Source of the DNA: a phage | Direction: 5' to 3' (one strand) | Assembly: GCA_018175275.1 (NCBI GenBank) | Contig: GCA_018175275.1_4531.1 | Length of the DNA stretch: 64,000 bases | The notes under the pieces: generated by a model | What the model saw: only the letters and a program-made list of their open reading frames with translations | What the model was told of the DNA's origin: nothing | The model's database searches: none | Translations under genes and position numbers: made by a program | Shown: positions 16,753 through 27,169 of the stretch, one piece after another | Position numbering within the stretch: the first letter of the stretch is position 1 | Layout of the letters: each line of letters begins with the position of its first letter

Positions 16753-18996
16753 TTGATTCGTTTTGTAACTAAATCTAATGGTAAGACAGAGGAGTTTAAC
16801 CCAGAAAAACTTCGCAAGTGGTCTGAATTTGCAGCAGGTAAACTAAACTGGTCTGAAATTGAATTAGAAGCTGTGAAGCGGTGTTATGACGGTGTGTCTA
16901 CACGTGATCTGCATAAAGCAATGATTGCAGCGTGTATTGACAAGAAAACACAAGCTTACAGTGATATGGCAGGAAGACTTCTTCTGGGTATGATTTACAA
17001 ACAGGCTCATGGGGGATACCACAGTATCCCTTCACTGAATACCTTTTATCATGATATGGTAGAACGTGGTCATTGGGCTAAAATGGATTATACTGATGAA
17101 GAGATCAAAGAAATCGGTAAGATTGTAAAGCATAATAAAAATCTAACTTATGGTTATTCTGTTTTACGTCAAATGGTGGATAAATATCTTATTCGAGATG
17201 CAGTAAACGATGTGGTGCATGAGTCTCCACAGTTCCTTTTCATTGGTATCGCAATGAAGGTTATGGAGATCCAACCAAAAGAACGCCGTATAGAAGATAT
17301 TAAAAAACTTTATACTTATGTCAGCGATCTTAAGATTAATCTGCCATCGCCATATCTGACAACTCTACGAACTCCAATCAAAGGAAGTGCGTCTTGTTGT
17401 TTATTCCGTGCAGACGATACGGCAGAGTCTTTAGCCATTGCTAATTACTTAGCTCATGAGTATACGTTGAATAACGCAGGTATTGGTGTTAATCTTCAAA
17501 CTCGTGCCACAGGTCAAGGTGTTAAGAATAATCGTATTATTCACGGTGGTCTTCTTCCGTATCTGAAATGGATGGAAGATAGTGTTGGAGCTTCAAAGCA
17601 AGCAAGCCGTGGAGGTAGTGCTACAGTTACCTTTACCATACTTGAACCAGACTTCGACGATCTGATTCGACTGAAGAATCCAACAACACCTATAGATAAA
17701 CGAGTGGATAAACTAGATTATTCTATTGTTGTTAACCGTTCGTTCTTGCGTCGAGCAGCAAAAAACGAAGACTGGATGTTAGTTAGTTGTGATGATGCTC
17801 CTGAACTTTATGAAGCTTTATATAAAAGTGAAGAAGAGTTTGATGCAGTTTATGACAAAGTAAGTCGTCGTCGCATTAAGAAAAAATTTGTTAAGGCTCG
17901 TGATCTTCTGACAGAGATTATTGTTCAACGTGCAGAAACAGGACGTATTTACATGTTCTTTGCTGACAACGTTAACAACCATACACCTTTCTTGGATACG
18001 GTGTATCAATCAAACCTGTGTCAAGAGATCTTCTTACCAACTAAAGCTTTTCACAGTATGCCGGATCTCTTTACTGGTGAAAATACAGAAGATCAAGAAT
18101 TGGCTTTATGTTTCTTATCTTCTATTGTTGCTGGTCGTGTATTACCTGAAGAATATGAGGATGTTGCATACTACACTGTATTGACAATTGACAACGTTAT
18201 TGAAACAATGGATTATCCATTTAAACATAACGAAATAACTGCTAAAGCACGTAGATCTATTGGTGTAGGCATTACAAACTTAGCACATTACTTGGCAAGT
18301 AATTTTGTAAATTATTCAGATGATTATGCTAAAAAATTAATGCATGAACTTGCAGAACGTCATTACTTTTGGTTGGCAAAAGCCTCTTTGCGTCTGGCTA
18401 AGGAAAAAGGTAATGCAGAATGGATCGATAAGACCAAATGGCCTCAAGGTTGGCTACCGATTGACACCTATGCTAAAGCAGTAGATAGTGTCGGTAACTT
18501 TGATCTTAAAATGGACTGGGAAGGTTTACGTGCTGAAATCATTGAACAAGGTGGTATCCGTAATAGTGTCTTGGCTGCTATTGCACCTAATGAGTCCAGC
18601 AGTTTGGTAAGCAATACTACTAACTCTCTGTACCCTGTTCGTGATACTATTATGTATAAACAAAGTCAGAAAGGTAGTGTATTATTTATTGTTCCAGACT
18701 ACGAAAAACTGAAAATGTTCTACCAATCCGCCTGGGATACTCCGGCTAAAGACCTTGCAGAAATGTATGGTATCTTTACCAAGTTTACAGACCAAGGAAT
18801 TTCTTGTGATTCTTGGCTAGATTATTCTAAATTGGTAGGTGGACGTTTATCAGTGAAAGCCGAGATGCAGTTTATTCTGAATTTTGCTAGATTGGGTGGC
18901 AAGTCGTTGTATTATCTTAACAGTAGAACAAAATCAGCAGATTCTTTAGCACAAGAAGATTCTGAAGACGAAGGGTGTAGTGCCTGTAAAATGTAG
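16753..18996 (+). CDS. nrdA: ribonucleoside-diphosphate reductase large subunit
   Basis: 747 aa; N-terminal ATP-cone-like region; length and order relative to nrdB; TTG start after GGGAGGAG. Confidence 0.9.
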   Translation: MIRFVTKSNGKTEEFNPEKLRKWSEFAAGKLNWSEIELEAVKRCYDGVSTRDLHKAMIAACIDKKTQAYSDMAGRLLLGMIYKQAHGGYHSIPSLNTFYHDMVERGHWAKMDYTDEEIKEIGKIVKHNKNLTYGYSVLRQMVDKYLIRDAVNDVVHESPQFLFIGIAMKVMEIQPKERRIEDIKKLYTYVSDLKINLPSPYLTTLRTPIKGSASCCLFRADDTAESLAIANYLAHEYTLNNAGIGVNLQTRATGQGVKNNRIIHGGLLPYLKWMEDSVGASKQASRGGSATVTFTILEPDFDDLIRLKNPTTPIDKRVDKLDYSIVVNRSFLRRAAKNEDWMLVSCDDAPELYEALYKSEEEFDAVYDKVSRRRIKKKFVKARDLLTEIIVQRAETGRIYMFFADNVNNHTPFLDTVYQSNLCQEIFLPTKAFHSMPDLFTGENTEDQELALCFLSSIVAGRVLPEEYEDVAYYTVLTIDNVIETMDYPFKHNEITAKARRSIGVGITNLAHYLASNFVNYSDDYAKKLMHELAERHYFWLAKASLRLAKEKGNAEWIDKTKWPQGWLPIDTYAKAVDSVGNFDLKMDWEGLRAEIIEQGGIRNSVLAAIAPNESSSLVSNTTNSLYPVRDTIMYKQSQKGSVLFIVPDYEKLKMFYQSAWDTPAKDLAEMYGIFTKFTDQGISCDSWLDYSKLVGGRLSVKAEMQFILNFARLGGKSLYYLNSRTKSADSLAQEDSEDEGCSACKM

Positions 18997-19107
18997 TAGG
19001 AGAACAGATGAAGAAGGGTAAACGTAAAGTTACCGTTCTCACAGAGAGGGGAGAAATCCCCTTGATTGTGGATGTTGAACGTAGATTGTGGGAAGGTGGT
19101 GTTATCA

Positions 19108-19665
19108 ATGGAAAAAAGGGTTAATACATTCATAGATCCTTCCTATGCAGCTTGGAAAGGCATGTTTAATCGCGCATATCGTATGGAAAACATTAGACCA
19201 GGTTATAAAGATGTTACCGTGTGTGATGCTTGGTTCACCTTTTCAAACTTTGATAACTGGTATCAAGAACATAACGTGGAAGGCTTTGTTTTAGATAAAG
19301 ATCTTGTTCTTGAAGGAAATACTGTTTACTGTCCTGAATATTGTAGGTTTGTTCCTCCTTACATAAATACACTCTTAAGTTATGCTAAGAGGTATGAAAG
19401 AAAATACTTACTAGGAGCACATGTTAGGAAAGATGGTAAGATTTATGCCAAAGCTTCTGGGAGCAAAGGTAAGCATTTAGGTTACTTCGCTACAGAGGAA
19501 GAGGCACACTTCGCTTGGCTAAAGGATAAAGCTAAGTCAATCAGGGAAACAGCGGATCGTTACAAAGAGGAAGAACATTTTTATCAAGAGGTGTACAACA
19601 CTCTTGTAAACAAGGCGGATTTCTATTGGCATCTGGCTGAAACAAAAACAGTGTTTCGAGGCTAA
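19108..19665 (+). CDS. HNH-family homing endonuclease with AP2-like domain (MobE-like position)
   Basis: Paralogous to 8971..9612 (YxxW..MxxR N-terminus; GAHVRKDGKIYAKASGSKGKHLGYFATEEEAHFAW AP2-like); between nrdA and nrdB. Confidence 0.6.
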   Translation: MEKRVNTFIDPSYAAWKGMFNRAYRMENIRPGYKDVTVCDAWFTFSNFDNWYQEHNVEGFVLDKDLVLEGNTVYCPEYCRFVPPYINTLLSYAKRYERKYLLGAHVRKDGKIYAKASGSKGKHLGYFATEEEAHFAWLKDKAKSIRETADRYKEEEHFYQEVYNTLVNKADFYWHLAETKTVFRG

Positions 19666-19669
19666 ATAT

Positions 19670-19693
19670 AAAGGGGCTTCGGCCCCCTTTTTA
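19670..19693 (+). terminator. rho-independent terminator
   Basis: AGGGGC-TTCG-GCCCCC followed by TTTTT. Confidence 0.65.
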
Positions 19694-19709
19694 TCGAGGA
19701 GAATTTTAA

Positions 19710-20798
19710 ATGGCAGCAATTAATTTACACAATGAAGTTTACAAAACAGGAAAATATCCAGTATTTTTAGGGGAACAATTAGGGATCTTTGATTCTGTTA
19801 ACGTGACTTATCCAGAAATGCACAAACTCTACAAACTTCAAAAAGCACAAGATTGGGATGAAAACGAAGTTAACTTGGATCAGACACGTAAAGATTTCGT
19901 AGCTTGTTCTAAAAACAACTATGATGTTATGATTAAAAACTTATCGTTCCAATGGGAAAATGATTCTCTTGCAAAATCAATCATCACTTTGTTCTCTCCA
20001 TTCTTGAGTAACAATGAAGCCTGTGCTATGATGATGAAGCAGAGTGAAATGGAAGTTCTCCATGCGTTAACGTATTCTGAAATAATCCGTCAATGTACTC
20101 CAGATCCAATCGAAGTCATCAATCAGATTATGATTAATGATAAAATTTTCAATCGTATGGGTATCATTGCTGATATCATGGGTCAGTTGGAAGAAGCTGG
20201 TCATAAGTATGCTCTAGGATTGATTGAAGCTAACGATGAACTTCGACTGCTGATTCTTAAAGGGATGGTAGCCCTGATTGGGTTAGAAGGTATTCAGTTT
20301 ATATCTTCCTTCTCTGCTACTTTTGCTATGGCAGAACAACAACTGTTTGTTGGAGCTTGTAAACTGATCCAGAAAATTATGCTAGATGAAATCTTGCATG
20401 TTAAGATGGATTATGCTGTAATTGATGCATTGATGCATGACCCAATTTGGCGTAAAATTTACGAAGACAATATCGAAGAGTTGACTTTGATTCTCGACAC
20501 TGTTGTTGAACAAGAGGAACAGTGGTGTGACTACCTGTTTAGTGAAGGGCGTTTTATTGTAGGTCTTAACGCCGAATTGTCTAAACAATGGGTTTATTTC
20601 AATGCTGCTCCTATTTATCGTCGATTGAAAATGAAAGCCAAGTTTAAAGCACCTAAACATAGTCCTTTAGCTTGGATGGAAAAATGGTTGAATCCTGATT
20701 TGATTCAGTCAGCAGCCCAAGAGATTCAGTTAACTAACTACAAATTAAATTCAGCTAACAAAGATCTCTCTGATGATGAGGAGCTTGACTTCGAATGA
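19710..20798 (+). CDS. nrdB: ribonucleoside-diphosphate reductase small subunit
   Basis: 362 aa with paired E..H di-iron motifs (EMEVLHAL, DEILHVKMD); GAGGAG upstream. Confidence 0.9.
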   Translation: MAAINLHNEVYKTGKYPVFLGEQLGIFDSVNVTYPEMHKLYKLQKAQDWDENEVNLDQTRKDFVACSKNNYDVMIKNLSFQWENDSLAKSIITLFSPFLSNNEACAMMMKQSEMEVLHALTYSEIIRQCTPDPIEVINQIMINDKIFNRMGIIADIMGQLEEAGHKYALGLIEANDELRLLILKGMVALIGLEGIQFISSFSATFAMAEQQLFVGACKLIQKIMLDEILHVKMDYAVIDALMHDPIWRKIYEDNIEELTLILDTVVEQEEQWCDYLFSEGRFIVGLNAELSKQWVYFNAAPIYRRLKMKAKFKAPKHSPLAWMEKWLNPDLIQSAAQEIQLTNYKLNSANKDLSDDEELDFE

Positions 20799-21004
20799 TT
20801 TTGAAATGTGTTGGTATAATCGACACATTCAAAGACGTTTTTGATAAAGGGGCTTCTTATGAAGCCTCTGAAATGAAGAATGGTTTTTGTGATGTATTCG
20901 GTAAACGCCTGAAGAAAAACGGCGATCCTTGGCTAGGAGTTATGTCTTGTGGTCATATTATTGTAAATGGTGTTGCCAAGTTTGAAATAATTAAGGAGGA
21001 ATAA
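20795..21004 (+). CDS. hypothetical protein
   Basis: 69-aa ORF; ATGA overlap with nrdB stop. Confidence 0.5.
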   Translation: MILKCVGIIDTFKDVFDKGASYEASEMKNGFCDVFGKRLKKNGDPWLGVMSCGHIIVNGVAKFEIIKEE

Positions 21005-21156
21005 TGGCTGAAAAACTTATTTTTTGTCCTGTGTGTGGTGGGACTGGACAAATGGAAGTGGAAATTATGGTAACATTTCCTTGCCTGAATTGTCATGGTG
21101 AGGGGCGAGTAGTAGTCTTTGAAAAAGAAGGGTTGGAGGTAGAAGATGGAGAGTGA
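21004..21156 (+). CDS. small zinc-ribbon protein (about 50 aa)
   Basis: Not in track; ATG after AAGGAGGAA; CPVCGG...CLNCHG. Confidence 0.4.
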   Translation: MAEKLIFCPVCGGTGQMEVEIMVTFPCLNCHGEGRVVVFEKEGLEVEDGE

Positions 21157-21299
21157 AAAAGAGTATGTCCGCATTCCACGAGAATTAACAGATCACATTG
21201 CAGAAGCAATAGCTTTCGAAGCTAGATGTTGTGGAGGTATTGCTTACGATATTTATGAAGCAATTATTAAAGCTGCTCAAGAAGAGGAGGAGATGAATA

Positions 21300-21626
21300 A
21301 TGGGTATTGATATCGAATGGCGTATGTTACAGGGTGCACCATATGATAAATGGAAAGAAATATTTGGAGACGACCCACAAGTTGAAGACCAGTTCGATGG
21401 GGACTTTAATTGGTTTCTCTGCGAAGGTTTGGGCTTGGAAAACATTTCCCCGTGGTACGATGCAGATCCTGAAGATTGTGTCTTCGGTGTCAAGCTGTGT
21501 AGCGGCTGTGGTGCTTGTGCCATAGACCTCACAAGCTTAAATAAAAAAGCGAATGAGATCTATTTTGAACTGCTTAATAAGTATAATATTGAAACTGAAA
21601 CATTAGTATCACAAAACGTCTGGTAA
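21300..21626 (+). CDS. hypothetical protein
   Basis: 108-aa ORF in coupled gene chain; CSGCGAC motif. Confidence 0.5.
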   Translation: MGIDIEWRMLQGAPYDKWKEIFGDDPQVEDQFDGDFNWFLCEGLGLENISPWYDADPEDCVFGVKLCSGCGACAIDLTSLNKKANEIYFELLNKYNIETETLVSQNVW

Positions 21627-21635
21627 GGAGAACTG

Positions 21636-22628
21636 ATGCGCTATCTGGTAACAGGTGGTCTTGGTTTTATTGGGAGTGCCGTGGTGCGCTCTCTTTGTCA
21701 AGATCCTAATAACGAAGTTTTTGTCGTTGATAAGATGAGCTATGCAGCAGATATTGAGAATGTAGGCGATATCACTCACGTTAAACTAAGCATGACAGAT
21801 TTGGCAAACGAAGCCCAAGTAAAAAGTTTAGTAGTAGAGTGCAATCCCGATTTCATCATTCACTTAGCGGCAGAGAGTCATGTGGATAATTCTATCAAGA
21901 ATCCACGAGTTTTCATCGACTCCAATATTATTGGTACATACAATTTATTGGAAGCTGCAAGGCTCCTCCCAAAGAATAAACTGAAGATGTTCGTACACGT
22001 CTCCACAGACGAAGTGTACGGCGATATGGCAGACTCTGGCGTTCCCTTTACCGAAGAGACAGCTTATGCCCCTTCAAGCCCATACAGTGCGTCTAAGGCA
22101 GCATCTGACCATCTTGTGAAAGCTTGGCACCGTACCTACGATTTGCCTGTTGTGATAACCAACTGCTCCAATAACTTTGGACCCTATCAACATCCAGAAA
22201 AGCTGATCCCAAAAATCATCACAAGTATCTTGACGAATAAAGAGATTCCGGTGTATGGTAAAGGCGATCAGGTGCGAGACTGGCTTTTTGTTGAGGATCA
22301 TGCGCGAGCTATTCTTCAAGTGGCAACAGGTGGAGAACCAGGTAAAACGTATAATGTGGGAACACGTAATCCCAAAACCAATATGGAGATCATCTATATG
22401 GTTTGTGACTACATGGATGCTGTACATCCAGAAGCAGGAACCTACCCTTCTTCCAACTTGATAACTTTTGTTGAAGATCGTAAAGGGCATGACTTGCGTT
22501 ATGAAATCAATCCTTCTAAGATAGAGTCTGAACTGGGTTGGAGTGCAAACTCTACATTTGAACAAGATCTCTACTCAACGATTGAATGGTACTTAAACAA
22601 CCCTCAATGGTGGAGTGGGAAGATTTAA
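21636..22628 (+). CDS. rfbB: dTDP-glucose 4,6-dehydratase
   Basis: N-terminal [14 protein letters not shown] Rossmann motif, 330 aa; GGTAAGGAG upstream. Confidence 0.85.
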   Translation: MRYLVTGGLGFIGSAVVRSLCQDPNNEVFVVDKMSYAADIENVGDITHVKLSMTDLANEAQVKSLVVECNPDFIIHLAAESHVDNSIKNPRVFIDSNIIGTYNLLEAARLLPKNKLKMFVHVSTDEVYGDMADSGVPFTEETAYAPSSPYSASKAASDHLVKAWHRTYDLPVVITNCSNNFGPYQHPEKLIPKIITSILTNKEIPVYGKGDQVRDWLFVEDHARAILQVATGGEPGKTYNVGTRNPKTNMEIIYMVCDYMDAVHPEAGTYPSSNLITFVEDRKGHDLRYEINPSKIESELGWSANSTFEQDLYSTIEWYLNNPQWWSGKI

Positions 22629-22636
22629 GGAGGGCT

Positions 22637-23515
22637 ATGAAAGGTATTATTTTGGCGGGAGGAAGTGGAACCCGCCTTCATCCGGTAACACGCAGTGTGA
22701 GCAAGCAATTGCTCCCTGTGTATGACAAACCCATGATCTACTACCCTTTATCGGTATTGATGTTGGCTGACATTAAGGATATCTTAATCATCACCACACC
22801 AGGCGATCAGGAAGACTTTGAGTATCTTCTCGGAGATGGGTCTATGTTTGGGATAAAACTCACTTACGCAATCCAATCCGAGCCGCGAGGTCTTGCGGAC
22901 GCTTTCATCATCGGTAAAGATTTTATCGGAGAAGACTCTGTTGCTCTTATTTTAGGTGACAACCTATTCTTCGGACAAAGCTTTGGTAAACTACTGATTA
23001 ACGCCAGTGAGATGGTAGATGTTTGTGGCGGAGCTTGTATCTTCGGGTATTTGGTGAAAGATCCTGAACGATTCGGTGTGGTTGAATTTGGGAGTAATCG
23101 TCAAGCTATTTCTATTGAAGAGAAACCTGAAAATCCTAAATCAGATTATGCTGTCACAGGTTTGTATTTCTATGATAACTCTGTTGTTCAACGTGCATTA
23201 GAAGTAACCCCTTCCGCGCGTGGAGAACTGGAGATCACAGATATCAATCGCAGCTACCTCGAAGACAGGAAGTTACAAGTGGAAGTTCTCGGACGAGGAT
23301 TTACTTGGCTTGACACAGGAACACACGCCAGTCTGATGGAAGCTGGTCAATTCGTGCAGACTATTGAGAACCGTCAAGGGTTGAAGATTGCGTGCCTGGA
23401 AGAAATTGCTTTCAAAAAAGGGTGGATTTCTTTAGAGACTTTGGTATATCATGGAAACTCACTGAAGAAAACAGAGTACGGGCAATACCTACTCAAATTA
23501 GCGGAGAGAAAATGA
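22637..23515 (+). CDS. rfbA: glucose-1-phosphate thymidylyltransferase
   Basis: [16 protein letters not shown] signature; internal ATG of track ORF 22586..23515 with AAGGAGGG upstream. Confidence 0.85.
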   Translation: MKGIILAGGSGTRLHPVTRSVSKQLLPVYDKPMIYYPLSVLMLADIKDILIITTPGDQEDFEYLLGDGSMFGIKLTYAIQSEPRGLADAFIIGKDFIGEDSVALILGDNLFFGQSFGKLLINASEMVDVCGGACIFGYLVKDPERFGVVEFGSNRQAISIEEKPENPKSDYAVTGLYFYDNSVVQRALEVTPSARGELEITDINRSYLEDRKLQVEVLGRGFTWLDTGTHASLMEAGQFVQTIENRQGLKIACLEEIAFKKGWISLETLVYHGNSLKKTEYGQYLLKLAERK

Positions 23516-24078
23516 AAGTAGAAAAAACAAAAATTGAAGGTGCGGTAATTATCAAACCAGACGTTTATAAAGATGATCGTGGTTTCTTTTTAGAAACATA
23601 TAATGAACAAAAATACGAAGATATCATCGGTAGACAAACTTTCGTTCAAGATAACATGTCTAAATCAAACTTCGGTGTTTTGCGAGGAATGCACTTTCAA
23701 ACAAATAATCCGCAAGGTAAGCTTGTTCGTTGTGTAAGTGGGGAAGTATTGGATTTCGCTGTAGACCTACGTAAAGATAGTCCTACTTACGGTGCTTGGG
23801 ACGGTGTTGTTCTTCGTGCACGACACCATACACAGTTCTGGCTTCCACCTGGTTTGGCGCATGGTTTTATAGTGTTGAGTATGGATGCTATCTTCGAATA
23901 CAAATGCACAACTCCATACGACCCTTCCAGCGAACAAAGTTTACGTTGGGATGATCCTGATATAGGGATTGATTGGGGCTTCGATATGATTTTTGACGAA
24001 GATTTTAAACCTATCTTATCAACAAAAGATGCAATGGCTAAGTCTTTTCAACAGCTACGTAGCGAGGGTGTATGCTAA
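23512..24078 (+). CDS. rfbC: dTDP-4-dehydrorhamnose 3,5-epimerase
   Basis: 188 aa cupin-like; YKDDRGFF and RGMHFQ motifs; ATGA overlap with rfbA stop. Confidence 0.8.
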   Translation: MKVEKTKIEGAVIIKPDVYKDDRGFFLETYNEQKYEDIIGRQTFVQDNMSKSNFGVLRGMHFQTNNPQGKLVRCVSGEVLDFAVDLRKDSPTYGAWDGVVLRARHHTQFWLPPGLAHGFIVLSMDAIFEYKCTTPYDPSSEQSLRWDDPDIGIDWGFDMIFDEDFKPILSTKDAMAKSFQQLRSEGVC

Positions 24079-24914
24079 CATATCTGGTATTGGGTGGTAA
24101 TGGACAACTGGGACAAGCTTTACGTAAAGTGGCTCCTTCAAATGTGTCTTTAATTTATCCTAAAGAACGTGTAGATATTACAAATTTTGAAGCTGTGCGA
24201 AACGCTATTGTTGAAGATTATGTAGATGGTGTTATTAATTGCGCTGCTTATACGGCTGTAGATAAAGCAGAACAGGATTTTGCTACTGCTTTGGCTGTTA
24301 ATGCCTATGGCCCTGCAAATATTGCGGCAGTGTGCAGCAAACTTAAAATTGATTTTGTGCATATTTCTACAGACTATATTTTTAATTATTCTCATCCTAT
24401 TTTTGAAGACACTACACCTAACCCGATAAACAATTATGGGTATACGAAAGAACTCGGTGAAAAAATGGTGCGAGGAGTTAACCCAAACGCATATATTATT
24501 CGAACAGCGTCTGTATATAGTGAATTTGGAAATAACTTTCTAAAAACCATGTTGTCTCGCTATAATGATGGACAACGTGATTTTATTATTGTTGCTGATC
24601 AGTTCTCTTGTCCAACATATGCCCCAGATTTAGCAGAAGCTATTTTTGAAGTATTAAAAACAGGTTGGTCAAGATCTGTAAAGACTTACCATTTTGCAGG
24701 AAGCCATCTTATTTCTTGGGCGGAGTTTGCGGAAAAGATCTTGACACAGATGCCAGAACCTGTTAAGATATCGGCGGTATCAGCTTCAACCTATAATGCT
24801 CCAGCAGCACGTCCGGTGAAGTCACAATTAGTAACCAGTCACTATCTTACAAAATCAGATTTAAATAAAGGTATTGAACGGTCTTTAGCAGTATTACTTA
24901 ATAAGGAGAGGTAA
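24072..24914 (+). CDS. rfbD: dTDP-4-dehydrorhamnose reductase
   Basis: N-terminal LVLGGNGQLGQAL; 280 aa; start overlaps rfbC stop. Confidence 0.75.
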   Translation: MLTYLVLGGNGQLGQALRKVAPSNVSLIYPKERVDITNFEAVRNAIVEDYVDGVINCAAYTAVDKAEQDFATALAVNAYGPANIAAVCSKLKIDFVHISTDYIFNYSHPIFEDTTPNPINNYGYTKELGEKMVRGVNPNAYIIRTASVYSEFGNNFLKTMLSRYNDGQRDFIIVADQFSCPTYAPDLAEAIFEVLKTGWSRSVKTYHFAGSHLISWAEFAEKILTQMPEPVKISAVSASTYNAPAARPVKSQLVTSHYLTKSDLNKGIERSLAVLLNKER

Positions 24915-25174
24915 TGGAATTTGTAATTTTTGGTAAACCTAACTGTCAATTTTGCGAAATGTCAAAACAACTATTAACCATGCGCAATAAACAGTTTGAA
25001 TATTTAAGTCTTGACCAAGACTACGATTTAGAATCAATGACTAAAACAGTTGTTGATCTTACCGGAGTTCCTCCACGCACATTTCCACAAATTCTGTCTG
25101 AAGTGAACGGGGAGGTAACATACGTAGGCGGTTTTACCGAACTGCGTGATCTCATGGCTCAAATTGCGGAGTAA
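24914..25174 (+). CDS. glutaredoxin-like protein (NrdC/NrdH type)
   Basis: 86 aa, CQFC redox motif near N-terminus; AGGAGAGG upstream. Confidence 0.65.
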   Translation: MEFVIFGKPNCQFCEMSKQLLTMRNKQFEYLSLDQDYDLESMTKTVVDLTGVPPRTFPQILSEVNGEVTYVGGFTELRDLMAQIAE

Positions 25175-25336
25175 CAATTATGAAAAGTAAACAGAAACGT
25201 AAGATCTTTTCTCGTGCTTTGGCAAATGAGCTGAAGTCCAACATAAAGAAAACGAAACCAAAACGTGAAACTTCTCCAGAACACCTGTTGTTTAACGAGT
25301 TGGATCACGGAGTAGGAGATGACGAATAGGAAGTAA

Positions 25337-25837
25337 ATGGCTAAAGTAGTAGATGAGTTTGATATGCTACGAGTCGATGAAGGACTGAAGCTTACTGTTT
25401 ATCAAGACCATCTTGGTTATTGGACAGTCGGCATAGGACACCTTCTGACTAAAATAAAAGATAAAGCAAAGGCTATTCAAATCTTAGATAATCTCCTTGG
25501 TCGTAAGACCAATGGAGTTATCACAGAAAAAGAAGCCCGTCAAATCTTTGCTGACGATGTTGCAAAAGTGAAGAGAGACATAAAAAACAGTGCTATCTTA
25601 TCACCAATCTATGATAAGGTGAGTGATACTCGTAAATTGGGAATAATCAACATGGTTTTCCAGTTGGGGTTAAAAGGTGCTGAAGGGTTTAAAAATAGCT
25701 TGACTTTAATCAGCAATGCATATTATACTCAAGCAGGTAAAAACATGCGTAAAAGCCGATGGTATAGCCAGACGCCAAACCGTGCTGAACGAGTAATTAA
25801 AGTTCTGACTTCTGGAACTTTAGATGCTTACAACTAA
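25337..25837 (+). CDS. e: T4-type lysozyme (endolysin)
   Basis: MLRVDEGLKLTVYQDHLGYWTVGIGHLL and RWYSQTPNRAERVI closely match T4 lysozyme incl. catalytic E/D/T positions. Confidence 0.85.
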   Translation: MAKVVDEFDMLRVDEGLKLTVYQDHLGYWTVGIGHLLTKIKDKAKAIQILDNLLGRKTNGVITEKEARQIFADDVAKVKRDIKNSAILSPIYDKVSDTRKLGIINMVFQLGLKGAEGFKNSLTLISNAYYTQAGKNMRKSRWYSQTPNRAERVIKVLTSGTLDAYN

Positions 25838-25838
25838 T

Positions 25839-25862
25839 AAAGGGGCTTCGGCCCCTTCTAAA
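25839..25862 (+). terminator. terminator-like hairpin
   Basis: AGGGGC-TTCG-GCCCCT with weak U-run. Confidence 0.4.
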
Positions 25863-25874
25863 AGGAGTGCTACT

Positions 25875-26633
25875 ATGGGAAATAAAACCGCAGCTAAAAC
25901 ACAACGGCAGAAACTGGCTAATTCAGCAAAGATTGAAAGCCGTTATGCAGCAAAAGCGGTAGGTAATGACGATTACCGTTTAGATGAATTTATGCCTGAA
26001 GGGGACCAAAATAAGATTGTTCAAAGCATGATTTGGAATGATCTGACTGTTGTAAATGCTCCGGCAGGGACTGGTAAAACCTCTGTTGCTTTATGGAAAG
26101 CTTTGCAGATGCTTCGTTCAGGAGACTTCCGTAAACTACTTTTTATCAAGAACCCTACTGAAGTCGGAGATGACCAGATTGGTTTCTTGTCTGGGGATAA
26201 AACAGATAAACTAGCAGCACACTACGAATCTACAAAACGTATTTTCCAGCAATTCATGACAGCCAATAAATTGGAAAATGATATTGGATCAGGTAAGATC
26301 GAATTGAATATTCCTAACTATTTGTTGGGAGCTACCCTGGATAATACAATTGTCATTATTGACGAAGCACAACTTATGTCAACAGAAACACTTAAACTTC
26401 TTATTGAACGTGCAGGTATTAATACGCATGTTATTGTATTAGGCGATGTTCGCCAGACATATGCAATTAAAAAACGTAGCAATGGTCTGCATCAAATTTT
26501 GGAACTTTTATATCCAGAAAATGAAGAAGGTGTTCGTGAGCCAATTGTAGATTTTATTGGATATGTTGAACTGACAACGGACGATAATAAACGTGGACGT
26601 TTGTCTAAACTGATTACTGAAGTGTTTATTTAA
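25875..26633 (+). CDS. phoH: PhoH-like ATPase
   Basis: Walker A APAGTGKTS; internal ATG of track ORF 25824..26633 with AAAGGAG upstream. Confidence 0.8.
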   Translation: MGNKTAAKTQRQKLANSAKIESRYAAKAVGNDDYRLDEFMPEGDQNKIVQSMIWNDLTVVNAPAGTGKTSVALWKALQMLRSGDFRKLLFIKNPTEVGDDQIGFLSGDKTDKLAAHYESTKRIFQQFMTANKLENDIGSGKIELNIPNYLLGATLDNTIVIIDEAQLMSTETLKLLIERAGINTHVIVLGDVRQTYAIKKRSNGLHQILELLYPENEEGVREPIVDFIGYVELTTDDNKRGRLSKLITEVFI

Positions 26634-26665
26634 TAACGTGGCAGGGAAGCCATTTATAAGGAGGA

Positions 26666-27169
26666 TTGATGGGTGTAGCAACAATAGCTATCGGAAGAAG
26701 TGGTATAGATGAGTGCTATCAAACGGGACTCGTAAAACCTAACGAATTTCGTCAAATTTGTGTAAACCATATTGAAAAAGAGATTGCTCTTACTTTAGAG
26801 AATATGACCCTCCGAGATAAACTGGAAATGTTTAAATGTTGGTGTCTAGGAGAAGATTGGCTTTTAAACCATTTTCAAGAACTTTCTGATAGTAAAGAAA
26901 GCTTGTTTGATTGTATAATAGGAATAGCTGGCTCCGATCCTAGCCTTCTGCACATAACAGAAGAAGAGGCGAAGTTACTGTTCTTAAGTAATTTGTTTAA
27001 TAAGAAAGCACTGCTTGTTCGTGATTGCAGTGATCTTCTTAATAACCCGCTCGCAACGTCTGATCAAATTTTTGTTGACAAAGAGACACTACGTGCGATA
27101 GAATACATCTGCAAATATGTGAATGGCGGGAAAGCGGTTCTTAAAACATTAACAGAGGAGGAAGAATAG
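26666..27169 (+). CDS. hypothetical protein
   Basis: 167-aa ORF; AAGGAGG upstream. Confidence 0.55.
   Translation: MMGVATIAIGRSGIDECYQTGLVKPNEFRQICVNHIEKEIALTLENMTLRDKLEMFKCWCLGEDWLLNHFQELSDSKESLFDCIIGIAGSDPSLLHITEEEAKLLFLSNLFNKKALLVRDCSDLLNNPLATSDQIFVDKETLRAIEYICKYVNGGKAVLKTLTEEEE

Noticed and set aside
14978-20798. Group I introns in thyX, nrdA or nrdB
   Set aside because: All three reading frames are uninterrupted at lengths expected for the mature proteins; the endonuclease ORFs are free-standing between genes.
22074-22565. Antisense ORFs inside well-supported genes (e.g. 22074..22565 in rfbB, 10211..10480 in the RdgC-like gene, 17818..18184 in nrdA, 44938..45282 in the recombinase gene, 11765..12160)
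   Set aside because: Each lies opposite a gene with clear motifs, lacks an SD, and has low-complexity or atypical composition; taken as chance open frames.
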